This document shows, piece after piece, positions 30,601 to 46,000 of a DNA stretch of 64,000 nucleotides. The notes under the pieces were generated by a model. It worked only from the letters and a program-made list of their open reading frames with translations. It was not told the DNA's origin and did not search any database. Both the position numbers and the translations under genes were made by a program. Position 1 is the stretch's first letter; each line of letters opens with the position of its first letter. This DNA is from the human T2T-CHM13v2.0 reference genome, Homo sapiens: NCBI RefSeq assembly GCF_009914755.1, contig NC_060925.1. One strand, given 5' to 3'.

Positions 30601-31024
30601 AATGGAAACACCATCGAATTGAAACGAATGGAATTACCATGAAATTGAAATGGATGGACTCATCATCGAATGGATTCGAATGGAATCATCGAATAAAATT
30701 GATTGAAATCATCATCGAATGGTATCGAATGGTATCATTGAATGGAATCGAAAGGAATCATCCTCAGATGGAAATGAATGGAATCGTCATAGAATGGAAT
30801 CGAATGGATTCATTGAATGGAATCAGATGGAATCATCGAATGGACTGGAATGGAATCATTGAATGGACTCGAAAGGGATCATTATTGAATGGAATTGAAT
30901 GGAATCATCGAATGGTCTCGATTGGAATCATTATCAAATGGAATCGAATGGAATCACCGAATAAAATCGAATGGAACAATCATCGAATGGACTCAAATGG
31001 AATTATCCTCTAATGGAATCGAAT

Positions 31025-31093
31025 GGAATTATCGAATGCAATCGAATGGAATTATCGAATGCAATCGAATGGAATTATCGAATGCAATCGAAT
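31025..31093 (+). repeat. Three copies of the 23-mer GGAATTATCGAATGCAATCGAAT (normally two per unit)
   Basis: Copies start at 31025, 31048 and 31071. Unit length is 1799 = 1776+23. Confidence 0.92.
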
Positions 31094-34000
31094 AGAATCA
31101 TCGAATGGACACGAATGGAATCATCGAATGGAATGGAATGGAACAGTCAATGAACTCGAATGGAATCATCATTGAATGGAATCGAATGGAATCATCGAGT
31201 GGAATCGAATGGAATTATGATCAAATGGAATCGAATGTAATCATCATCAAATGGAATCAAAAATCACCATCATCAATTGGTATTGAATGGAATTCTCATC
31301 AAATGGAATTCAAAGGAATCATCATCAAATGGAACTGAATGGAATACTCATTGAATGGAAATGAAAGGGGTCATCATCTAATGGAATCACATGGAATCAT
31401 CATCAAATGGAATCGAATGGAATCATCATCAAATGGAATCTGATGGAATCATTGAACAGAATTGAATGGAATCGTCATCGAATGAATTGAATGCAATCAT
31501 CGAATGGTCTCGAATGTAATCACATTCTAATGGAAAGGAATGGAATCATCGCATAGAATCGAATGGAATTAACATTGAATGGACTCGAATGGAATCAACA
31601 TCAAACGGAATCAAGCGGAATTATCGAATGGAATCGAAGAGAATCATCGAATGGGCTCGAATGGAATCATCTATTGGAATGGAATGGAATAATCCACGGA
31701 CCCGAATGCAATCATCATCGTATAGAATCGAATGGAATCATCGAATGGACTCGAATGGAATAATCATTGAACGGAATCGAATGGAATCATCATCGGATGG
31801 AAACGAATGGAATCATCATCGAATGGAAATGAAAGGAGTCATCATCTAATGGAATTGCATGGAATCATCATCAAATGGAATCGAATGGAATCAACATCAA
31901 ATGGAATCAAATGGAATCATTGAACGGAATTGAATGGAATCGTCATCGAATGAATTGAATGCAATCATCGAATGGTCTCGAATGGAATCATCTTCAAATG
32001 GAATGGAATGGAATCATCGCATAGAATCGAATGGAATTATCATCGAATGGAATCGAATGGTATCAACATCAAACGGAAAAAAACGGAATTATCGAATGGA
32101 ATCGAAGAGAATCTTCGAACGTACCCGAATGGAATCATCTAATGGAGTGGAATGGAATAATCCATGGACTCGAATGCAATCATCATCGAATGGAATCGAA
32201 TGGAATCATCGAATGGACTCGAATGGAATAATCATTGAACGGAATCGAATAGAATCATCATCGGATGGAAATGAATGGAATGATCATCGAATGGAATCGA
32301 ATAGAATTATGGAATGAAATCCAGTGTGATCATCATCGAATGGACCCGAATGGAATCATCATCCAACGGAAGCTAATGGAATCAACATCGAATGAATCGA
32401 ATGGAAACACCATCGAATTGAAACGAATGGAATTATCATGAAATTGAAATGGATGGACCCATCATCGAATGGATTCGAATGGAATCATCGAATAAAATTG
32501 ATTGAAATCATCATCAAATGGAATCGAATGGTGTCATTGAATGGGATCGAATGGAATCATCGTCAGATGGAAATAAATGGAATCGTCATAGAATGGAATC
32601 GAATGGATTCATTGAATGGAATCAGATGGAATCATCGAATGGACTGGAATGGAATCATTGAATGGACTCGAATTGAATCATTATTGAATGGAATTCAATG
32701 GAATCATCGAATGGTCTCGATTGGAATCATTATCAAATGGAATCGAATGGAATCACCGAATAGAATCGAATGGAACAATCATCGAATGGACTCAAATGGA
32801 ATTATCCTCAAATGGAATCGAATGGAATTATTGAATGCAATCGAATGGAATTATCGAATGCAATCGAATAGAATCATCGAATGGACTCGAATGGAATCAT
32901 CGAATGGAATGGAATGGAACAGTCAATGAACTCGAATGGAATCATCATTGAATGGAATCGAATGGAATCATCGAGTGGAATCGAATGGAATTATGATCAA
33001 ATGGAATCGAATGTAATCCTCATCAAATGGAATCAAAAATAACCATCATCAATTGGTATTGAATGGAATTGTCATCAAATGGAATTCAAAGGAATCATCA
33101 TCAAATGGAACCGAATGGAATCCTCATTGAATGGAAATGAAAGTGGTCATCATCTAATGGAATCGCATGGAATCATCCTCAAATGGAATCGAATGGAATC
33201 ATCATCAAATGGAATCTAATGGAATCATTGAACAGAATTGAATGGAATCGTCATCGAATGAATTGAATGCAATCATCGAATGGTCTCAAAAGGAATCATC
33301 TTCAAATGGAAAGGAATGGAATCATCGCATAGAATCGAATGGAATTATCATCGAATGGAATCCAATGGTATCAACATCAAACGGAAAAAAACGGAATTAT
33401 GGAATGGAATCGAAGAGAATTCACGAACGGACCCGAATGAAATCATCTAATGGAATGGAATGGAATAATCCATGGACTCGAATGCAATCATCATCGAATG
33501 GAATCGAATGGAATCATCGAATGGACTCGAATGGAATAATCATTGAACGGAATCGAATGGAATAATCTTCGGATGGAAACGAATGGAATCATCATCGAAT
33601 GGAAATCAAAGGAGTCATCATCTAATGGAATTGCATGGAATCATCATAAAATGGAATCGAATGGAATCAACATCAAATGGAATCAAATGGAATCATTGAA
33701 CGGAATTGAATGGAATCGTCATCGAATGAATTCAATGCAATCATCGAATGGTCTCGAATGGAATCATCTTCAAATGGAATGGAATGGAATCATCGCATAG
33801 AATCGAGTGGAATTATCATCGAATGGAGTCAAATGGAATCAACATCAAACGGAAAAAAACGGAATTATCGAATGGAATCGAAGAGAATCTTCGAAAGGAC
33901 CCGAATGGAATCACCTAATGGAATGGAATGGAATAATCCATGGACTCGAATGCAATCATCATCGAATGGAATCGAATGGAATCATCAAATGGACTCGAAT

Positions 34001-36730
34001 GGAATAATCATTCAACGGAATCGAATGGAATCATCATCGGATGGAAATTAATTGAATCATCATCCAACGGAAGCTAATGGAATCAACATCGAATGTATCG
34101 AATGGAAGCACCATCGAATTGAAACGAATGGAATTATCATGAAATTGAAATGGATGGACTCATCATCGAATGGATTCGAATGGAATCATCGAATAAAATT
34201 GATTGAAATCATCATCAAATGGAATCGAATGGTATCATTGAATGGAATCGAATGGAATCATCATCAGATGGAAATGCATGGAATCGTCATAGAATGGAAT
34301 CGAATGGATTCATTGAATGGAATCAGATGGAATCATCGAATGGACTAGAATGGAATCATTGAATGGACTCGAAAGGGATCATTATTGAATGGAATTGAAT
34401 GGAATCATCGAATGGTCTCGATTGGAATCATTATCAAATGGAATCGAATGGAATCACCGAATAGAATCGAATGGAACAATCATCGAATGGACTCAAATGG
34501 AATCATCCTCAAATGGAATGGAATGGAATTATCGAATGCAATCGAATAGAATCATCGAATGGACTCGAATGGAATCATCGAATGGAATGGAATGGAACAG
34601 TCAATGAACTCGAATGGAATCATCGTTGAATGGAATCGAATGGAATCATCGAGTGGAATCGAATGGAATTATGATCAAATGGAATCGAATGTAATCATCA
34701 TCAAATGGAATCAAAAATAACCATCATCAATTGGTATTGAATGGAATTGTCATCAAATGGAATTCAAAGGAATCATCATCAAATGGAACCGAATGGAATC
34801 CTCATTGAATGGAAATGAAAGTGGTCATCATCTAATGGAATCGCATGGAATCATCATCAAATGGAATCGAATGGAATCATCATCAAATGGAATCTAATGG
34901 AATCATTGAACAGAATTGAATGGAATCGTCATCGAATGAATTGAATGCAATCATCGAATGGTCTCGAATGGAATCATCTTCAAATGGAAAGGAATGGAAT
35001 CATCGCATAGAATCGAATGGAATTATCATCGAATGGAATCCAATGGTATCAACATCAAACGGAAAAAAAAGGAATTATGGAATGGAATCGAAGAGAATCT
35101 TCGAACGGACCCGAATGGAATCATCTAATGGAATGGAATGGAATAATCCATGGACTCGAATGCAATCATCATCGAATGGAATCGAATGGAATCATCGAAT
35201 GGACTCGAATGGAAAAATCATTGAACGGAATCGAATGGAATCATCATCGGATGGAAACGAATGGAATCATCATCGAATGGAAATGAAAGGAGTCATCATC
35301 TAATGGAATTGCATGGAATCATCATAAAATGGAATCGAATGGAATCAACATCAAATGGAATCAAATGGAATAATTGAACGGAATTGAATGGAATCGTCAT
35401 CGAATGAATTGAATGCAATCATCGAATGGTCTAGAATGGAATCATCTTCAAATGGAATGGAATGGAATCATCGCATAGAATCGAATGGAAGTATCATCGA
35501 ATGGAATCGAATGGAATCAACATCAAACGGAAAAAAACGGAATTATCGAATGGAATCGAAGAGAATCATCGAATGGACCCGAATGGAATCATCTAATGGA
35601 ATGGAATGGAATAATCCATGGACTCGAATGCAATCATCATCGAATGGAATCGAATGGAATCATCGAATGGACTCGAATGGAATAATCATTGAACGGAATC
35701 GAATGGAATCATCATCGGATGGAAATGAATGGAATCATCATCGAATGGAATCGAATAGAATTATGGAATGAAATCCAGTGTGATCATCATCGAATGGACC
35801 CGAATGGAATCATCATCCAACGGAAGCTAATGGAATCAACATCGAATGAATCGAATGGAAACACCATCGAATTGAAACGAATGGAATTATCATGAAATTG
35901 AAATGGATGGACTCATCATCGAATGGATTCGAATGGAATCATCGAATAAAATTGATTGAAATCATCATCCAATGGAATCGAATGGTATCATTGAATGGAA
36001 TCGAATGGAATCATCATCAGATGGAAATGAATGGAATCGTTATAGAATGGAATCGAATGGATTCATTGAATGGAATCAGATGGAATCATCGAATGGACTG
36101 GAATGGAATCATTGAATGGACTCGAAAGGGATCATTATTGAATGGAATTGAATGGAATCATCGAATGGTCTCGATTGGAATCATTATCAAATGGAATCGA
36201 ATGGAATCACCGAATAGAATCGAATGGAACAATCATCGAATGGACTCAAATGGAATTATCCTCCAATGGAATCGAATGGAATTATCGAAAGCAATTGAAT
36301 GGAATTATCGAATGCAATCGAATAGAATCATCGAATGGACTCGAATGGAATCATCGAATGGAATGGAATGGAACAGTCAATGAACTCGAATGGAATCATC
36401 ATTGAATGGAATCGAATGGAATCATCGAGTGGAATCGAATGGAAATATGATCAAATGGAATCGAATATAATCATCATCAAATGGAATCAAAAATAACCAT
36501 CATCAATTGGTATTGAATGGAATTCTCATCAAATGGAATTCAAAGGAATCATCATCAAATGGAACTGAATGGAATCCTCATTGAATGGAAATGAAAGGGG
36601 TCATCATCTAATGGAATCGCATGGAATCATCATCAAATGGAATCGAATGGAATCATCATCAAATGGAATCTGATGGAATCATTGAACAGAATTGAATGGA
36701 ATCGTCATTGAATGAATTGAATGCAATCAT

Positions 36731-37024
36731 CGAATGGTCTCGAATGTAATCACATTCTAATGGAAAGGAATGGAATCATCGCATAGAATCGAATGGAATT
36801 AACATTGAATGGACTCGAATGGAATCAACATCAAACGGAATCAAGCGGAATTATCGAATGGAATCGAAGAGAATCATCGAATGGTGTCGAATGGAATCAT
36901 CTTCTAATGGAAAAGAATGGAATCATCGCATAGAATCGAATGGAATTAACATTGAATGGACTCGAATGGAATCAACATCAAATGGAATCAAGCGGAATTA
37001 TCGAATGAAATCGAAGAGAATCAT
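36731..37024 (+). repeat. 147-bp tandem duplication (1922-bp unit), copy 3
   Basis: Same structure as at 22331. Unit 35892 to 37814 is 1922 bp, with a 1-bp deletion near 37547. Confidence 0.92.
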
Positions 37025-40000
37025 CGAATGGACTCGAATGGAATCATTTAATGGAATGGAATGGAATAATCCACGGACTCGAATGCAATCATCATCGTAT
37101 AGAATCGAATGGAATCATCGAATGGACTCGAATGGAATAACCATTGAACGGAATCGAATGGAATCATCATCAGATGGAAACGAATGGAATCATCATCGAA
37201 TGGAAATGTAAGGAGTCATCATCTAATGGAATTGCATGGAATCATCATAAAATGGAATCGAATGGAATCATCATCAAATGGAATCAAATGGAATCATTGA
37301 ACGGAATTGAATGGAATCGTCATCGAATGAATTGAATGCAATCATCGAATGGTCTCGAATGGAATCATCTTCAAATGGAATGGAATGGAATCATCGCATA
37401 GAATCGAATGGAATTATCATCGAATGGAATCGAATGGTATCAACATCAAACGGAAAAAAACGGAATTATCGAATGGAATCGAAGAGAATCATCGAACGGA
37501 CCCGCATGGAATCATCTAATGGAATGGAATGGAATAATCCATGGACTGAATGCAATCATCATCGAATGGAATCGAATGGAATCATTGAATGGACTCGAAT
37601 GGAATAATCATTGAACGGAATCGAATGGAATCATCATCGGATGGAAATGAATGGAATCATCATCGAATGGAATCGAATAGAATTATGGAATGAAATCCAG
37701 TGTGATCATCATCGAATGGACCCGAATGGAATCATCATCCAACGGAAGCTAATGGAATCAACATCGAATGAATCGAATGGAAACACCATCGAATTGAAAC
37801 GAATGGAATTATCATGAAATTGAAATGGATGGACTCATCATCGAATGGATTCGAATGGAATCATCGAATAAAATTGATTGAAATCATCATCCAATGGAAT
37901 CGAATGGTATCATTGAATGGAATCGAATGGAATCATCATCAGATGGAAATGAATGGAATCGTCATAGAATGGAATCGAATGGATTCATTGAATAGAATCA
38001 GATGGAATCATCGAATGGACTGGAATGGAATCATTGAATGGACTCGAAAGGGATCATTATTGAATGGAATTGAATGGAATCATCGAATGGTCTCGATTGG
38101 AATCATTATCAAATGGAATCGAATGGAATCACCGAATAGAATCGAATGGAACAATCATCGAATGGACTCAAATGGAATTATCCTCAAATGGAATCGAATG
38201 GAATTATCGAATGCAATCGAATGGAATTATCGAATGCAATCGAATAGAATCATCGAAAGGACTCGTATGGAATCATCGAATGGAATGGAATGGAACAGTC
38301 AATGAACTCGAATGGAATCATCATTGAATGGAATCGAATGGAATCATCGAGTGGAATTGAATGGAATTATGATCAAATGGAATCGAATGTAAGCATCATC
38401 AAATGGAATCAAAAATAACCATCATCAATTGGTATTGAATGGAATTGTCATCAAATGGAATTGAAAGGAATCATCATCAAATGGAACCGAATGGAATCCT
38501 CATTGAATGGAAATGAAAGGGGTCATCATCTAATGGAATCGCATGGAATCATCATCAAATGGAATCGAATGGAATCATCATCAAATGGAATCTAATGGAA
38601 TCATTGAAAAGAATTGAATGGAATCATCATCGAATGAATTGAATGCAATCATCGAATGGTCTCGAATGGAATCATCTTCTAATGGAAAGGAATGGAATCA
38701 TCGCATAGAATTGAATGGAATTATCATCGAATGGAATCGAATGGTATCAACACCAAACGGAAAAAAACGGAATTATCGAATGGAATCGAAGAGAATCTTC
38801 GAACGGACCCGAATGGAATCATCTAATGGAATGGAATGGAATAATCCATGGACTCGAATGCAATCATCATCGAATGGAATGGAATGGAATCATCGAATGG
38901 ACTCGAATGGAATAATCATTGAACGGAATCGAATGGAATCATCATCGGATGGAAACGAATGGAATCATCATCGAATGGAAATGAAAGGAGTCATCATCTA
39001 ATGGAATTGCATGGAATCATCATCGAATGGAATCGAATGGAATCATCGAATGGACTCGAATGGAATAATCATTGAACGGAATCAAATGGAATCATCATCG
39101 GATGGAAATGGATGGAATCGTCATCGAATGGAATCGAATAGAATTATGGAATGAAATCCAGTGTGATCATCATTGAATGGACCTCAATGGAATCATCATC
39201 CAACGGAAGCTAATGGAATCAACATCGAATGAATCAAATGGAAACACCATCGAATTGAAACGAATGGAATTACCATGAAATTGAAATGGATGGACTCATC
39301 ATCGAATGGATTCGAATGGAATCATCGAATAAAATTGATTGAAATCATCATCGAATGGAATCGAATGGTATCATTGAATGGAATCGAATGGAATCATCAT
39401 CAGATGGAAATGAATGGAATCGTCATAGAATGGAATCGAATGGATTCATTGAATGGAATCAGATGGAATCATTGAATGGACTGGAATGGAATCATTGAAT
39501 GGACTCGAAAGGGATCATTATTGAATGGAATTGAATGGAATCATCGAATGGTCTCGATTGGAATCATTATCAAATGGAATCGAATGGAATCACCGAATAG
39601 AATCGAATGGAACAATCATCGAATGGACTCAAATGGAATTATCCTCCAATGGAATCGAATGGAATTATCGAATGCAATCGAATGGAATTATCGAATGCAA
39701 TCGAATAGAATCATCGAATGGACTCGAATGGAATCATCGAATGGAATGGAATGGAAAAGTCAATGAACACGAATGGAATCATCACTGAATGGAATCGAAA
39801 GGAATCATCGAGTGGAATCGAATGGAATTATGATCAAATGGAATCGAATATAATCATCATCAAATGGAATCAAAAATAACCATCATCAATTGGTATTGAA
39901 TGGAATTGTTATCAAATGGAATTCAAAGGAATCATCATCAAATGGAACTGAATGGAATCCTCATTGAATGGAAATGAAAGGGGTCATCATCTAATGGAAT

Positions 40001-43000
40001 AGCATGGAATAATCATCAAATGGAATCGAATGGAATCATCATCAAATGGAATCTAATGGAATCATTGAAAAGAATTGAATGGAATCATCATCGAATGAAT
40101 TGAATGCAATCATCGAATGGTCTCGAATGGAATCATCTTCTAATGGAAAGGAATGGAATCATCGCATAGAATCGAATGGAATTAACATTGAATGGACTCG
40201 AATGGAATCAACATCAAATGGAATCAAGCGGAATTATCGAATGAAATCGAAGAGAATCATCGAATGGACTCGAATGGAATCATCTAGTGGAATGGAATGG
40301 AATAATCCACGGACTCGAATGCAATCATCATCGTATAGAATCGAATGGAATCATCGAATGGACTCGAATGGAATAACCATTGAACGGAATCGAATGGAAT
40401 CATCATCGGATGGAAACGAATGGAATCATCATCGAATGGAAATGAAAGGAGTCATCATCTAATGGAATTGCATGGAATCATCATAAAATGGAATCGAATG
40501 GAATCATCATCAAATGGAATCAAATGGAATCATTGAACGGAATTGAATGGAATCGTCATCGAATGAATTGAATGCAATCATCGAATGGTCTCGAATGGAA
40601 TCATCTTCAAATGGAATGGAATGGAATCATTGCATAGAATCGAATGGAATTATCATCGAATGGAATCGAATGGTATCAACATCAAACGGAAAATAACGGA
40701 ATTATCGAATGGAATCGAAGAGAATCTTCGAACGTACCCGAATGGAATCATCTAATGGAGTGGAATGGAATAATCCATGGACTCGAATGCAATCATCATC
40801 GAATGGAATCGAATGGAATCATCGAATGGACTCGAATGGAATAATCATTGAACGGAATCGAATGGAATCATCATCGGATGGAAATGAATGGAATGATCAT
40901 CGAATGGAATCGAATAGAATTATGGAATGAAATCCAGTGTGATCATCATCGAATGGACCCGAATGGAATCATCATCCAACGGAAGCTAATGGAATCAACA
41001 TCGAATGAATCGAATGGAAACACCATCGAATTGAAACGAATGGAATTATCATGAAATTGAAATGGATGGACCCATCATCGAATGGATTCGAATGGAATCA
41101 TCGAATAAAATTGATTGAAATCATCATCAAATGGAATCGAATGGTGTCATTGAATGGGATCGAATGGAATCATCGTCAGATGGAAATGAATGGAATCGTC
41201 ATAGAATGGAATCGAATGGATTCATTGAATGGAATCAGATGGAATCATCGAATGGACTGGAATGGAATCATTGAATGGACTCGAATGGAATCATTATTGA
41301 ATGGAATTGAATGGAATCATCGAATGGTCTCGATTGGAATCATTATCAAATGGAATCGAATGGAATCACCGAATAGAATCGAATGGAACAATCATCGAAT
41401 GGACTCAAATGGAATTATTCTCCAATGGAATCGAATGGAATTATCGAATGCAATCGAATGGAATTATCGAATGCAATCGAATAGAATCATCGAATGGACT
41501 CGAATGGAATCATCGAATGGAATGGAATGGAAAAGTCAATGAACACGAATGGAATCATCACTGAATGGAATCGAATGGAATCATCGAGTGGAATCGAATG
41601 GAATTATGATCAAATGGAATCGAATGTAATCCTCATCAAATGGAATCAAAAATAACCATCATCAATTGGTATTGAATGGAATTGTCATCAAATGGAATTC
41701 AAAGAAATCATCATCAAATGGAACTGAATGGAATCCTCATTGAATGGAAATGAAAGGGGTCATCATCTAATGGAATAGCATGGAATAATCATCAAATGGA
41801 ATCGAATGAAATCATCATCAAATTGAATCTAATGGAAACATTGAACAGAATTGAATGGAATCGTCATCGAATGAATTGAATGCAATCATCGAATGGTCTC
41901 GAATGGAATCATCTTCTAATGGAAAGGAATGGAATCATCGCATAGAATCGAATGGAATTAACATTGAATGGACTCGAATGGAATCAACATCAAATGGAAT
42001 CAAGCGGAATTATCGAATGAAATCGAAGAGAATCATCGAATGGACTCGAAGGGAATCATCTAATGGAATGGAATGGAATAATCCACGGACTCGAATGCAA
42101 TCATCATCGTATAGAATCGAATGGAATCATCGAATGGACTCGAATGGAATAACCATTGAACGGAATCGAATGGAATCATCATCGGATGGAAACGAATGGA
42201 ATCATCATCGAATGGAAATGAAAGGAGTCATCATCTAATGGAATTGCATGGAATCATCATAAAATGGAATCGAATGGAATCATCATCAAATGGAATCAAA
42301 TGGAATCATTGAACGGAATTGAATGGAATCGTCATCGAATGAATTGAATGCAATCATCGAATGGTCTCGAATGGAATCATCTTCTAATGGAATGGAATGG
42401 AATCATCGCATAGAATCGAATGGAATTATCATCGAATGGATTCGAATGGAATCAACATCAAACGGAAAAAAACGGAATTATCGAATGGAATGGAAGGGAA
42501 TCATCGAATGGACCCGAATGGAATCATCTAGTGGAATGGAATGGAATAATCCATGGACTCGAATGCAATCATCATCGAATGGAATCGAATGGAATCATCG
42601 AATGGACTCGAATGGAATAATCATTGAACGGAATCGAATGGAATCATCATCGGATGGAAATGAATGGAATCATCATCGAATGGAATCGAATAGAATTATG
42701 GAATGAAATCCAGTGTGATCATCATCGAATGGACCTGAATGGAATCATAATCCAACGGAAGCTAATGGAATCAACATCGAATGAATCAAATGGAAACACC
42801 ATCGAATTGAAACGAATGGAATTACCATGAAATTGAAATGGATGGACTCATCATCGAATGGATTCGAATGGAATCATCGAATAAAATTGATTGAAATCAT
42901 CATCGAATGGAATCGAATGGTATCATTGAATGGAATCGAATGGAATCATCATCAGATGGAAATGAATGGAATCGTCATAGAATGGAATCGAATGGATTCA

Positions 43001-46000
43001 TTGAATGGAATCAGATGGAATCATCGAATGGACTGGAATGGAATCATTGAATGGACTCGAAAGGGATCATTATTGAATGGAATTGAATGGAATCATCGAA
43101 TGGTCTCGATTGGAATCATTATCAAATGGAATCGAATGGATTCACCGAATAGAATCGAATGGAACAATCATCGAATGGACTCAAATGGAATTATCCTCAA
43201 ATGGATTCGAATGGAATTATCGAATGCAATCGAATAGAATCATCGAATGGACTCGAATGGAATCATCGAATGGAATGGAATGGAACAGTCAATGAACTCG
43301 AATGGAATCATCATTGAATGGAATCGAATGGAATCATCGAGTGGAATCGAATGGAATTATGATCAAATGGAATCGAATGTAATCCTCATCAAATGGAATC
43401 AAAAATAACCATCATCAATTGGTATTGAATGGAATTGTCATCAAATGGAATTCAAAGAAATCATCATCAAATGGAACCGAATGGAATCCTCATTGAATGG
43501 AAATGAAAGGGGTCATCATCTAATGGAATCGCATGGAATCATCATCAAATGGAATCGAATGGAATCATCATCAAATGGAATCTAATGGAACCATTGCAAG
43601 AATTGAATGGAATCATCATCGAATGAATTGAATGCAATCATCGAATGGTCTCGAATGGAATCATCTTCTAATGGAAAGGAATGGAATCATCGCATAGAAT
43701 CGAATGGAATTATCATCGAATGGAATCGAATGGTATCAACACCAAACGGAAAAAAACGGAATTATCGAATTGAATCGAAGAGAATCTTCGAACGGACCCG
43801 AATGGAATCATCTAATGGAATGGAATGGAATAATCCATGGACTCGAATGCAATCATCATCGAATGGAATCGAATGGAATCATCGAATGGACTCGAATGGA
43901 ATAATCATTGAACGGAATCGAATGGAATCATCATCGGATGGAAACGAATGGAATCATCATCGAATGGAAATGAAAGCAGTCATCATCTAATGGAATTGCA
44001 TGGAATTATCATCAAATGGAATCGAATGGAATCAACATCAAATGGAATCAAATGGAATCACTGAACGGAATTGAATGGAATCGTCATCGAATGAATTGAA
44101 TGCAATCATCGAATGGTCTCGAATGGAATCATCTTCAAATGGAATGGAATGGAATCATCGCATAGAATCGAATGGAATTATCATCGAATGGAATCGAATG
44201 GAATCAACATCAAACGGAAAAAAACGGAATTATCGAATGGAATCGAAGAGAATCATCGAATGGACCCGAATGGAATCATCTAATGGAATGGAATGGAATA
44301 ATCCATGGACTCGAATGCAATCATCATCGAATGGAATCGAATGGAATCATCGAATGGACTCGAATGGAATAATCATTGAACGGAATCGAATGGAATCATC
44401 ATCGGATGGAAATGAATGGAATCATCATCGAATGAAATCGAATAGAATTATGGAATGAAATCCAGTGTGATCATCATCGAATGGACCCGAATGGAATCAT
44501 CATCCAACGGAAGCTAATGGAATCAACATCGAATGAATCAAATGGAAACACCATCGAATTGAAACGAATGGAATTACCATGAAATTGAAATGGATGGACT
44601 CATCATCAAATGGATTCGAGTGGAATCATCGAATAAAATTAATTGAAATCATCATCAAATGGAATCGAATGGTATCATTGAATGGAATCGAATGGAATCA
44701 TCATCAGATGGAAATGAAAGGAATCGTCATAGAATGGAATCGAATGGATTCATTGAATGGAATCAGATGGAATCATTGAATGGACTGGAATGGAATCATT
44801 GAATGGACTCGAAAGGTATCATGATTGAATGGAATTGAATGGAATCATCGAATGGTCTCGATTGGAATCATTATCAAATGGAATCGAATGGAATCACCGA
44901 ATAGAATCGAATGGAACAATCATCGAATGGACTCAAATGGAATTATCCTCAAATGGAATCGAATGGAATTATCGAATGCAATCGAATGGAATTATCGAAT
45001 GCAATCGAATAGAATCATCGAATGGACTCGAATGGAATCATCGAATGGAATGGAATGGAACAGTCAATGAACTCGAATGGAATCATCATTGAATGGAATC
45101 GAATGGAATCATCGAGTGGAATCGAATTTAATCATCATCAAATGGAATCAAAAATAACCATCATCAAATGGAATCAAACATAACCATCATCAATTGGTAT
45201 TGAATGGAATTGTCATCAAATGGAATTCAAAGGAATCATCATCAAATGGAACCGAATGGAATCCTCATTGAATGGAAATGAAAGGGGTCATCATCTAATG
45301 GAATCGCATGGAATCATCATCAAATGGAATCGAATGGAATCATCATCAAATGGAATCTAATGGAATCATTGAACAGAATTGAATGGAATCGTCATCGAAT
45401 GAATTGAATGCAATCATCGAATGGTCTCGAATGGAATCATCTTCTAATGGAAAGGAATGGAATCATCGCATAGAATCGAATGGAATTATCATCGAATGGA
45501 ATCGAATGGTATCAACACCAAACGGAAAAAACGGAATTATCGAATGGAATCGAAGAGAATCTTCGAACGGACCCGAATGGAATCATCTAATGGAATGGAA
45601 TGGAATAATCCATGGAATCGAATGCAATCATCATCGAATGGAATCGAATGGAATCATCGAATGGACTCGAATGGAATAATCATTGAACGGAATCGAATGG
45701 AATCATCATCGGATGGAAACGAATGGAATCATCATCGAATGGAAATGAAAGGAGTCATCATCTAATGGAATTGCATGGAATCATCATAAAATGGAATCGA
45801 ATGGAATCAACATGAAATGGAATCAAATGGAATCATTGAACGGAATTGAATGGAATCGTCATCGAATGAATTGAATGCAATCATCGAATGGTCTCGAATG
45901 GAATCATCTTCAAATGGAATGGAATGGAATCATCGCATAGAATCGAATGGAATTATCATCGAATGGAATCGAATGGAATCAACATCAAACGGAAAAAAAC

